Source: Vicinamibacterales bacterium (lineage in GTDB: Bacteria; Acidobacteriota; Vicinamibacteria; Vicinamibacterales; Fen-181). From it: a DNA stretch of 64,000 nucleotides. Location: NCBI GenBank assembly GCA_036504215.1, contig DASXVO010000076.1, positions 35,079 through 99,078 on the forward strand, given 5' to 3'. How positions within the stretch are numbered: position 1 is the stretch's first letter; every line of letters starts with the position of its first letter. Under the pieces are notes generated by a model, which did no database searches, was not told the DNA's origin, and worked only from the letters and a program-made list of their open reading frames with translations. Below are positions 9,691 through 18,186 of the stretch, in pieces. The position numbers and the translations under genes are program-made.

Positions 9691-11001
9691 ATGAGCGCGA
9701 ACAACGTCGAATCGCAGGAATCGCACTGGCCGCTCCGGGTTGTCGTCCTGATCTTCGTTGGACTCCTGACCTACGGCAGCTACTTCGCCTACGACAGCGT
9801 CGGGGCGCTCGCGCCGACGCTCATCCAGGCCTGGAACACGAGCCAGAGCGGCATCGGATGGCTCTATACCATCTACAGCATCGCCGCGATCCTGTCGGTG
9901 TTCGTCGGTGGCGTGCTCACCGACCGCATCGGCACCCGCTGGGCGAGCCTGGTCTTCTCCCTCCTCATCGTCATCGGCGCGGGGATGGTGGCGCTGTCCT
10001 CGTCGGTGCCGGTGGCGTGCCTCGGACGCTTCGTCTTCGGCGCGGGGTCCGAGTCGCTCGTCGTCGCGCAGAATGCGATTTTGGCGCGCTGGTTCACCGG
10101 GCGGATGCTGGCGATGTCGTTCGGCGTGACGCTGGCGCTCGCACGGCTCGGGACGCTATTCAGCTTCAACACGATGTCGCTGACGGCGAACCGGTACGGG
10201 TGGCGCGGCGCGCTGTGGGTGGCCGCCGGCCTGTGCGTGGCCAGCCTGGGCGCGAACATCGTCTATTACCTGCTGGACAAGACGAACGAGAGGCGGCTCG
10301 GTCTCGCGGAGACGGAAGCGGGCGACAAGATCGTGCTGGCGGACATCAAGAAGTTCGGCGCGTCCTACTGGTACGTCGTCGCGCTGTGCGTGACGTTCTA
10401 CTCGGCGATTTTCCCGTTTACCGCGCTGTCCACGGACTTCTTCCACGAGAAGTGGCAGTTGCCCCTGAGCGTGGACTCGGGCACGCAGAGCTTCATCGCC
10501 GCGGCGTTCCAGGACTTCCTGCACATGTTCTCGACGGCGCCCGGCACCTCGTCCATCATCATCTTCGCCTCCATGTGCTTCGCCCCGTTCGCGGGCGGCG
10601 TCGTGGACAAGATCGGCAGGCGCACGAGCCTGATGATCGTCGGCGCCCTGCTGATGATTCCATGCTACCTGCTGCTGGCGTTCACCGCCATCGCGCCGGC
10701 GCTGCCGATGATCCTGCTCGGCGCAGCCTTCGTCCTCGTGCCCGCCGCCATGTGGCCGGCCGTGCCGCTCATCGTCGAGAAGAACAGGGTGGGCACCGCA
10801 TTCGGGCTGATGACGATGGTTCAGAACATCGGCCTGGCGGCGTTTCCGCTGCTGAACGGCTGGTTGCGTGAATGGACCAAGGACTACCGGGCGAGCATGG
10901 TGATGTTCGCGCTGCTCGGATGCGCCGGCCTGGTGTTCGCATTCCTGCTGAAGCGCGCGGACACGGCCGCCGGCGGAGTGTTGGAGCAATCCCAGTCGTA
11001 A
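9691..11001 (+). CDS. MFS transporter
   Basis: 436 aa with about 12 hydrophobic segments. Shows the MFS-type loop 'GGVLTDRIGTRWA' and its second-half counterpart 'GGVVDKIGRRTS'. Confidence 0.8.
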   Translation: MSANNVESQESHWPLRVVVLIFVGLLTYGSYFAYDSVGALAPTLIQAWNTSQSGIGWLYTIYSIAAILSVFVGGVLTDRIGTRWASLVFSLLIVIGAGMVALSSSVPVACLGRFVFGAGSESLVVAQNAILARWFTGRMLAMSFGVTLALARLGTLFSFNTMSLTANRYGWRGALWVAAGLCVASLGANIVYYLLDKTNERRLGLAETEAGDKIVLADIKKFGASYWYVVALCVTFYSAIFPFTALSTDFFHEKWQLPLSVDSGTQSFIAAAFQDFLHMFSTAPGTSSIIIFASMCFAPFAGGVVDKIGRRTSLMIVGALLMIPCYLLLAFTAIAPALPMILLGAAFVLVPAAMWPAVPLIVEKNRVGTAFGLMTMVQNIGLAAFPLLNGWLREWTKDYRASMVMFALLGCAGLVFAFLLKRADTAAGGVLEQSQS

Positions 11002-11025
11002 ACCCCGTCTGGTATCGTAGGTGGT

Positions 11026-11889
11026 ATGGATCACCAGCCGCTGGCGTATCTCGACAAGGAGTTCCTGCAGAGCGACGAGGGGCGTCCGATGCGCATCCTC
11101 GCGGAGTACCTCGAGCCGCTCCGCCGCTTCGAACAGGAACGCATCCAGGATACCGTCGTGTTCTTCGGGTCGGCCCGAATCGTGAGCCGGGAACGCGCGG
11201 ATCGCGCGTTGCAGATGCTGTCGCGGCAGGATGCGACCCCGGCGGCTTCCCAATCGGAGAGCCCGATCTCACAAGCGCGCCACGCGCTCGACTTGTCCCG
11301 GTACTACGAGGACGCCCGAACGCTCGCGCACCTGCTGACCGCGTGGGCGCGCACGCTGGAGTCGCCGTTCCACCGGTTCGTCGTCTGCTCGGGCGGCGGG
11401 CCGGGGATCATGGAGGCGGCCAACCGGGGCGCGCACGAGGCGGGCGGCAAGACGATTGGCCTCAACGTCCGGCTGCCGTTCGAGCAGGGAGCCAATCCGT
11501 ACATCTCGAAGGGACTGCACTTCGAGTTCCACTACTTCTTCATGCGGAAGTTCTGGTTCGCCAGCCTGGCGAAGGCGCTCGTGGTGTTTCCCGGCGGCTT
11601 CGGCACGATGGACGAGTTGTTCGAGGTCCTGACGCTGGCGCAAACGGAGAAGCTGTCGAAGAAGATTGGCGTTCTGCTCTACGGGCGGGAGTACTGGGAG
11701 CGCGTTGTGCACTTCGCGCCGATGATCGAGGCGGGGACGATCTCGCCGAACGACATGAACCTGTTTCGCTTCGCAGACACACCGCAGGAAGCGTTCGACC
11801 ATTTGCGGGCGCATCTGGTGGAGAACTGCCTGGAGCCCGAGACGTCCGAGGCGCCCCGCGCTCCCGGCATCGCCCACACGCGCGCCTGA
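11026..11889 (+). CDS. LOG family / TIGR00730 Rossmann-fold nucleotide nucleosidase-like protein
   Basis: 'GGGPGIMEAANRGA' and 'PGGFGTMDELFEVLTLAQT' are the LOG (lysine-decarboxylase-like) family motifs. Confidence 0.8.
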   Translation: MDHQPLAYLDKEFLQSDEGRPMRILAEYLEPLRRFEQERIQDTVVFFGSARIVSRERADRALQMLSRQDATPAASQSESPISQARHALDLSRYYEDARTLAHLLTAWARTLESPFHRFVVCSGGGPGIMEAANRGAHEAGGKTIGLNVRLPFEQGANPYISKGLHFEFHYFFMRKFWFASLAKALVVFPGGFGTMDELFEVLTLAQTEKLSKKIGVLLYGREYWERVVHFAPMIEAGTISPNDMNLFRFADTPQEAFDHLRAHLVENCLEPETSEAPRAPGIAHTRA

Positions 11890-12417
11890 CTACTCGTACG
11901 CCCGCAAGTCCCACACGCCGCGCCCGTGCTCGAGGTACGCCTTCATCGTCTCGAGCGCGCGGGGCCAGCCGGCGCCGATCAGCTCGTAGTAGCGCTCCCA
12001 CCGCGGGCTGTCGTCGAGGCCGCGCTCGACGACGCGAAGCATGGTCGCCTGAGGAATCGAGCGATGGTCGGGCTGGGAAGCCACGGGCGTACACGTCACT
12101 TCCATCGCCATCGGGCCCACCGGATCGCCGTCGGGTGGCAGCCAGTAGGCGTCGGCCACGAAGAAGCCGCGGCCGGGCTGGAAATCGATGACCGTGCCGT
12201 GGAAGACGCCGCCCAGCCGGCCGAGGAGATCGTCCTCCTCATCGGAGTCACGCCACTGGAGCGCGTAGGCGCCGAGCGGCCGCGGGGATGCGACGACGGC
12301 CGCCACGTCCCACCAGGCCGCGAGCGCCGTGGGCTCGAAGAACGCCGCGAGGATCCTCGTGGGCGTCGATTCGATTCGCAGCGAGTAGTCGAAGCCGATC
12401 GTGTTTCGTGTGGGCAT
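11890..12417 (-). CDS. SRPBCC (AHSA1/START-like) family protein
   Basis: Start chosen at ATG 12417, just after the upstream gene's stop at 12422. 'SLRIESTPTRILAAFFEPTALAAWW' resembles the N-terminal strand-helix of AHSA1/SRPBCC proteins. Confidence 0.55.
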   Translation of the reverse strand: MPTRNTIGFDYSLRIESTPTRILAAFFEPTALAAWWDVAAVVASPRPLGAYALQWRDSDEEDDLLGRLGGVFHGTVIDFQPGRGFFVADAYWLPPDGDPVGPMAMEVTCTPVASQPDHRSIPQATMLRVVERGLDDSPRWERYYELIGAGWPRALETMKAYLEHGRGVWDLRAYE

Positions 12418-12421
12418 GGTC

Positions 12422-13585
12422 TCAGTAGATGAGGAAGTCCTCGCGAACGGCGCCAAACCTCTTCGTCGGGGCGTCCCACTCCGCCGCGATTTCTCGAAAC
12501 GGGACATCCGCCTCGATCGCGAGGCGCAGGCGATCCGATCCCGCCAGAATGTCGATCGGCATCTTGTCGTGTTCGTACTCGTAGGGAGGCTGCCGCCAGG
12601 CGAAGCGACCGGGGGCCGCGCGATGGAAGGCGCCCATCACCGCGACGCCCGCGAGGACGGGCCTGAACGCGGCCCGGTTCGTCACGTGAATCTGGCACCC
12701 GCCGCACGCCTGCCGCGCGTGCTTCTGGAAGTTCGGCTCGAAGATGACCGGCCGGAAGTGCGCGCCGTCGATCGCCGACGCATTCAGGACCGCCGCGAAC
12801 GACTCCGCCTCAATCCACGGCGCACCGAGCATCTCGAACGGCCTGGTCGTCCCCCGGCCCTCCGACAGCATCGTCCCCTCGAAGAGGACGGCGCCCGGGT
12901 AGACGATCGCCGTGTCGATCGTCGGCATGTTGGGCGACGGCAGCACCCACGGCAGGCCGGTGTCGTCCCAGTACATTCCGCGTTGCCAGCCTGTCATCGG
13001 CACGACCTCGAGCGCGGCGCCGATCCCGAAGTGGTCGTTGAACAGGCGCGCCAGCTCGCCGATCGTGAGGCCGTGGCGCATCGGGATTTGGAATTGCCCG
13101 ACGAACGACTCGTAGCCGGCGGCGAGCATCGGCCCTTCGACCGCCACGCCGGCAATCGGGTTCGGCCGATCGCACACGATCACCGGCACGCCGTGGCGCG
13201 CGCCGGCCCTCAGGCAGTTGGCCATCGTGTAGACGAAGGTGTAGATGCGCGCGCCGATGTCCTGCAGATCGACGACCAGCACGTCGACGTCTTTCAGCAT
13301 CTCCGCCGTGGGCTCGCGCGTCTCGCTGTAGAGCGAGTGGACCGGCACACGGCGCCGCGCATCGCGCACGTGCGGCGATTCGATCATGTTGTCCTGGAGG
13401 TCGGCGCGAAATCCGTGCTGCGGGCCGAACACGGCGGCCAGGGTGACACCAGGCGCGGACGCCACGCGATCGACGATGTGCCGGAACGCGCCGTCGATCG
13501 ACGCCGGATTGGCCACGACGCCCACGCGCCGCCCGGTGAGTGCGCCGGATGCCAGGAGACGCTCGGAGCCGAGGAGAGTGGACAT
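12422..13585 (-). CDS. DUF1343 family protein (NamZ-like exo-beta-N-acetylmuramidase)
   Basis: 'RVGVVANPASID...LAAVFGPQHGFRADLQDNM' and 'DVLVVDLQDIGARIYTF' match the DUF1343/YbbC family. Confidence 0.75.
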   Translation of the reverse strand: MSTLLGSERLLASGALTGRRVGVVANPASIDGAFRHIVDRVASAPGVTLAAVFGPQHGFRADLQDNMIESPHVRDARRRVPVHSLYSETREPTAEMLKDVDVLVVDLQDIGARIYTFVYTMANCLRAGARHGVPVIVCDRPNPIAGVAVEGPMLAAGYESFVGQFQIPMRHGLTIGELARLFNDHFGIGAALEVVPMTGWQRGMYWDDTGLPWVLPSPNMPTIDTAIVYPGAVLFEGTMLSEGRGTTRPFEMLGAPWIEAESFAAVLNASAIDGAHFRPVIFEPNFQKHARQACGGCQIHVTNRAAFRPVLAGVAVMGAFHRAAPGRFAWRQPPYEYEHDKMPIDILAGSDRLRLAIEADVPFREIAAEWDAPTKRFGAVREDFLIY

Positions 13586-13756
13586 GTCGCCAATCTTACA
13601 TCGGCGCCGCCACGTGGCACCGGCAAGAGCCCGCCGGCCTCCGCGAGCCAGGTCGAAGGGCGCCCCCGCTGCGACGGCGCTGCCGCAGGACTGCCCGTGT
13701 GTGGAATGGCTTGGCGCGCGCCAAGCGACTCGGTTCCGGCCTCCGCCCGCCCCGTC

Positions 13757-16120
13757 TCAGACGGCGCCTGGATCGGACCCCGGTGGTTCCACCGCCGGTC
13801 GGGGAGGCGTCCCTTTCGCCAGTTGCCGCTGGATGCGGCGGCGCAGACGGCTCACCGCGTCGGCGCGCCGCGGGCCGTTCAGATCCTCGCCCAGTTCCTC
13901 CAGGGCCACTCGAACGATGTCGCGGTGGTGCACTTCGAGACCGACGCTGCCGACGGCCTGCAGCCAGAGCTTGTGGATCAGATCGAGGTCATCGATCGTC
14001 AGGGTCGGCGCATGAGGGCCGAGCTGGTAACTCTGCACTTCGCCCGACAGCTTGTACGCCAGCAGCCGCGTGCGCAGCCTGTCGCTGTTCGGCACCCGCT
14101 CCCAGGCTTCACCGAGCAGCCGCGCCTGCTCGACGGCCGAGTACTTCGCCGAGTCACCCAGGACGATCTCGTTCAACGACAGCCGCACCGCGGTCTGCGC
14201 AATCGCGTCGAAGACGTTCGCCGATGGCACGACCAGCAATTTGACGGGCCGCCCCTGTCGCTCAGCCACCGCAACCACCTTCGTGAACAACAGTTGCTCG
14301 TAGTCGCTGAACACCTCGGTCTGGTGAAAACCGGCATCGGGGCCCTGCAGCAAACGGACGGTCATGGCCACGACATCGTGGCGCTCGGTGTCCACGTGGG
14401 ACAGCGCCCAATTCAGGTGCGCCAGGGTGTTGTAGTCGCGCACGGGCACGAGGACGCTTCCGGGTCGCGCCGCGACCTCGCCCAAGCCGAGGTCGGCCGC
14501 AGGCAGCAACTGGAACTGGTCGAGCGCGTCGGTGCGCTGTGCCAAGGCGGCCTTCCGCCGCACGTTGTGCCGTTCTGAAAACACGAATACGACGTACAGC
14601 AAGACGGTGAAGGTGACGCCCCAGATGGTGGCGAGCTGTTTGGTGAACAGGTTGATGATCGCGAACGAGAACAGTGTGACGGTGAAGAGCCCGAGGCCGA
14701 TGGGCAGCTCGAGGCCCCCGATCGTGATGTTGAGCGGCACCCGCCACTCGCGCGGTCCGGGCTCGCGGTAGCGAAGGACGAGCACCGCGAGGCTCTTCAG
14801 CGCGAAGCTCCACACGACGCCGAACGCATAGGCCTCACCAAGGAGGTACACGTCGCCGCCGCTCATGGCCAGCGTGAACAGCTGCAGCCCGACGATGGTG
14901 TTCAACACTCGTGATGTCGTGCCGTACTTCCGGTGCGGCTTCCGGAACCAGTCGGGCACGACGCCGTCCTCCGAGATCCGATTGACGACGGCGTTCGAGC
15001 CGACGAGCGCCGTGTTCACGCCACCAGCCAGGATCAGGAATCCGACCACGACGACCAACCCCTGGAACAGCAGCCTCAGACCGAGCGGTCCGACCAGGTG
15101 CATCGCGATGCCCGAGATCAGGTTGTCGCTGAAGTGCCCGCGCACATCGTCGGGGATGAAGGCTACCGCGAGGAAGCTCACCGAGCCGGTGAACACCACG
15201 CTGTAGATCAGGACGGCCAGACCCGCGCGCCGCAGGTTCAGGACCTTCGGATGTTCGATCTCGCGATAGACCTGCGCGAGGGTCTCCCACCCGCTCAGCG
15301 CCAGGAACGAGTGTCCGAGGCCGACCAGGATGGCGATGGCGGTGAACGTGGGCCAGATCGTTCCGTTCAGCCAGCCGAGCGACTCCTTGGAGAAGTGGAG
15401 GTTCGGGAGCGTCGGCGCCGGGGGCAGTTGCCCGCCGTGCAGCAGCAGCGTGAGGCCCGACCACCCGAGCAGCACGACGACCATGACCGTGGTGATCTGC
15501 ACGATGCGCAGCGCATCGGAACTCGACTCGCGCAGTCCCTGCGTGTTCCGCCACCAGAAGTAGATGATCACGGCCGCCGCAATCACCGCCGACGTCGCGT
15601 TGCGTGGTAGCGCCAGTGGCATGCCCGCCCGGTGCGAGACGTCGTTCAGCAGGCCGACGATATACTGCCCGGCCGACACCGCGCTGATCGGGCCGGTCAG
15701 CACGTAGTCGAAGAGCAGCGCCGACACCGAGATCTTGGCCAGCGTCCCGCCCATCGCCTCCTTGACGACCCGGTAGACGCCGCCACGCACGAACATCACC
15801 GAACTCTCGGTGTAGATCGCACGCACCGCGTACGAGAAGAGCATCACGCCGAGGATGAACCACGGGGCAGCCTTCCCGACGGCGTGCTCGGCGATGCCGC
15901 CGGCGTAGAACGCCGACGACCCGAGGTCTCCGAGGACGATGGCGGCCGCGCGCCACAGGGAGATGAACGAGAGAAAGACCGTCGTGGCCACCACCACGCG
16001 AACCGGTCCGCGTGAGGGAGCCGACGGGATGGCCGAGGCCGGCGCCGATGCCCCGGCGCCGGGCGGTGTCGCAGGCGGCGTCGGCGACGTCTGCGCGGAT
16101 TGAGACAAGTGTGGCTTCAT
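13757..16120 (-). CDS. APC-superfamily amino acid permease with long cytoplasmic C-terminal extension
   Basis: 787 aa. The N-terminal ~480 aa contain about 12 TM segments with APC-like composition. The C-terminal ~280 aa are soluble (Usp-like by impression only). Confidence 0.7.
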   Translation of the reverse strand: MKPHLSQSAQTSPTPPATPPGAGASAPASAIPSAPSRGPVRVVVATTVFLSFISLWRAAAIVLGDLGSSAFYAGGIAEHAVGKAAPWFILGVMLFSYAVRAIYTESSVMFVRGGVYRVVKEAMGGTLAKISVSALLFDYVLTGPISAVSAGQYIVGLLNDVSHRAGMPLALPRNATSAVIAAAVIIYFWWRNTQGLRESSSDALRIVQITTVMVVVLLGWSGLTLLLHGGQLPPAPTLPNLHFSKESLGWLNGTIWPTFTAIAILVGLGHSFLALSGWETLAQVYREIEHPKVLNLRRAGLAVLIYSVVFTGSVSFLAVAFIPDDVRGHFSDNLISGIAMHLVGPLGLRLLFQGLVVVVGFLILAGGVNTALVGSNAVVNRISEDGVVPDWFRKPHRKYGTTSRVLNTIVGLQLFTLAMSGGDVYLLGEAYAFGVVWSFALKSLAVLVLRYREPGPREWRVPLNITIGGLELPIGLGLFTVTLFSFAIINLFTKQLATIWGVTFTVLLYVVFVFSERHNVRRKAALAQRTDALDQFQLLPAADLGLGEVAARPGSVLVPVRDYNTLAHLNWALSHVDTERHDVVAMTVRLLQGPDAGFHQTEVFSDYEQLLFTKVVAVAERQGRPVKLLVVPSANVFDAIAQTAVRLSLNEIVLGDSAKYSAVEQARLLGEAWERVPNSDRLRTRLLAYKLSGEVQSYQLGPHAPTLTIDDLDLIHKLWLQAVGSVGLEVHHRDIVRVALEELGEDLNGPRRADAVSRLRRRIQRQLAKGTPPRPAVEPPGSDPGAV

Positions 16121-16519
16121 GCGTGGCTTCCGTTGGGCCGGCGAGGTGAGCTGACGGGCTCGGACCGGAAGTGTCCTATGGCGCGACGACGGTCGCCAAT
16201 ACGCCCCGGGGATCGAGTGGACGAGTCGGGCATCGGCCGTCCTCCAATTCCACGATCCCGGTGGTTCCCCCGCATCCTGCGAATGGCGCAGAATTTTGAC
16301 CGTCTTCCAACCTACGCCGTTGGGTGCGCGCGGTCAAGGCTGGCGACTGCGGCTCATCCCGCAGCGTCCGGCCACGGAGGGTGGGTTGGACGAAGAGGGA
16401 GGCGTGGTAGACTCCGGTACCCAGACTCACCAGTTCAGCGAGTCGCCGCACGGGCACGGCGGGTGCGACATGAACCAGGCGCGTTCAAGGACGCGCCCCA
16501 TCACAGGTGGAGGTCAGCG

Positions 16520-16762
16520 ATGTTCCATCTCATCGGCCAGGTGGTCTTCGGCCTCGTCGTTGGCGTGATCGCGAAGCTCCTGGTGCCCGGCCGCGATCCG
16601 GGCGGCTTCCTCGTCACCATCCTCATCGGCATCGCCGGTTCGCTACTCGGCACGTTCGTGGGACGCGCCATCAAGCGCGACCCGAACTACTCCGCGCACT
16701 GGGTGACGTCGATTCTGGGTGCGATCGTGCTGCTGGTGGTGTACCGCTTCGTGGTGAGATAG
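16520..16762 (+). CDS. GlsB/YeaQ/YmgE family stress-response membrane protein
   Basis: 80 aa, 'MFHLIGQVVFGLVVGVIAKLLVPGRDPGGFLVTILIGIAGSLLG' is typical of the transglycosylase-associated (YeaQ) family. GGTGGAGG Shine-Dalgarno sequence lies upstream of ATG 16520. Confidence 0.8.
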   Translation: MFHLIGQVVFGLVVGVIAKLLVPGRDPGGFLVTILIGIAGSLLGTFVGRAIKRDPNYSAHWVTSILGAIVLLVVYRFVVR

Positions 16763-16775
16763 CGCGACAGCCTGG

Positions 16776-17840
16776 CTACTGGAGCCGGCTGAGGGTGACG
16801 TCGATGAGGCGCGACTGGCGTGGCGCGCGGTGCCACTGCACGAGGATGGTGCTCTGGTACGTGCCTTCCACGACCGAGCCCTTGCCCCGCCCCTCGTCGG
16901 AGACGAGCAGGTTGACCGAGCGTTTCATGCGAAGGAAGCGGTTGGCCGGAACGGCCACGGTGCGGGCGAGCAGCCGTTCGACGAGCGACTCGCTCAGACC
17001 GAGGCGATCGACCACCCGGTTGATGATCTGCACGAGGTCGTACTTCGCGTAGCCCAGCGTCTTGGCGGGCACTGCCCGCGGATCCGCAATCGCGTGGCGA
17101 CCCTTCTCGATCGCGAACCGCAGCGGATCGCGGAGCACTTCGAGCAGGTCGTGTCGCATCAGCAGCGTCTCGTACTCATTGACCGTCAGACCGGCGTGGC
17201 GTTCTCCGGCGTGGAGCGACAGGCGGAGCCGGCCCTTCTCCACGCCGTGCTGCGCCACGAACTCAGCCAGTTGTTCCGAGACGCCAAGCCGGGGGTCCTT
17301 GAGGTTGATCGAGTCGACCGGGTGCGACGAAACCGGCACCTCGATTTGACACCGCGCCACCAACTCCTCGCGATGGAACCCGATGACTCGCGTGCGGCGG
17401 TGTCGCGGGCGTCCTTTGTTGACGCCGTCCAGGTCCACGAAGCACACGGGTTCGTCGGCCCTGTTCGCATAGGTGACACAGGTGCGCAGGCCGGCGGCGA
17501 TGAACGCGAGGTGCGAGTCGGCGTTCTTCGGTTCGACCTCGCGCTGCTCCGGCGCCAGTTCGACCCGGCGATCCAGGTTGTCGTGCTCGTAGGCGGCGCC
17601 TTCGGGGAAGATCGCGCGGAAGGCGTCGATGTAGCCGGCAACGCCCGGCCTGGAGAGCAGGCGGAGCGCCACGCTCCGGTCGAGGAACCCTGCGGTGGTG
17701 TGCGATGACCAGTACAGGCAGAACGGAAACGCCGCCAGGGCGGAGCCATGCTCCTCGGACGCGAGCGCGCGAAGATCGACCATGTCGAACCGGGAACGCG
17801 GTACGACCTCGAGCGTCACATCGAGAGGGTCGAACGGCAT
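16776..17840 (-). CDS. Hypothetical protein with YjbQ/UPF0047-like N- and C-terminal segments separated by a large insert
   Basis: N-terminal part: 'FCLYWSSHTTAGFLDRS', 'AYEHD', 'NADSHLAFIAAGL'. C-terminal part: 'VVEGTYQSTILVQWHRAPRQSRLIDVTL'. Both resemble YjbQ-family blocks, with ~170 aa of unrelated sequence between them. Confidence 0.45.
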   Translation of the reverse strand: MPFDPLDVTLEVVPRSRFDMVDLRALASEEHGSALAAFPFCLYWSSHTTAGFLDRSVALRLLSRPGVAGYIDAFRAIFPEGAAYEHDNLDRRVELAPEQREVEPKNADSHLAFIAAGLRTCVTYANRADEPVCFVDLDGVNKGRPRHRRTRVIGFHREELVARCQIEVPVSSHPVDSINLKDPRLGVSEQLAEFVAQHGVEKGRLRLSLHAGERHAGLTVNEYETLLMRHDLLEVLRDPLRFAIEKGRHAIADPRAVPAKTLGYAKYDLVQIINRVVDRLGLSESLVERLLARTVAVPANRFLRMKRSVNLLVSDEGRGKGSVVEGTYQSTILVQWHRAPRQSRLIDVTLSRLQ

Positions 17841-17884
17841 GCACGCCTCGCGAGAGGGCTGTTGGTGATCAGCTCACTAGCCTA

Positions 17885-18082
17885 TCACAGAACCTGCACG
17901 TTTCGCGTCGCCACCGTGACGCGACGGTACTTGCCAAAGGGGACGTTGAACGCGCCACGTCGGTTGAATCGACAGAGGCCGTTGTAGCCGGTGCGGTTGA
18001 GATAGTAGAAGAGCGCGACCGCCAGGCCGCCGCAGAACGGCTCGACGAGGCGGCCATACGCGGCTCGCAGTATGGCGGTTGC
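17885..18082 (-). pseudogene. dam: DNA adenine methylase (Dam) remnant, N- and C-terminally truncated with an internal deletion
   Basis: The reading frame gives 'RLVEPFCGGLAVALFYYLNRTGYNGLCRFNRRGAFNVPFGKYRR' then a stop. Compare E. coli Dam 'LVEPFVGAGSV...' and '[30 protein letters not shown]'. The ~75 aa between the two blocks and the entire DPPY catalytic half are missing. Confidence 0.75.
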
Positions 18083-18186
18083 CAGCCTGAAGACGCCAGG
18101 CGCTGACCCGGGCGCGGAGCAACGGATGCCAGACAGACGACGCAGACGACGGCCGGATGCTCCGTTCTCCGTCCGACGTTCTTCGC

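Noticed and set aside
16120-16519. 400-bp gap upstream of the GlsB/YeaQ gene, as a possible riboswitch or sRNA
   Set aside because: No recognisable conserved RNA motif, terminator or strong hairpin was identified by eye. The listed ORFs there have shadow-like composition.
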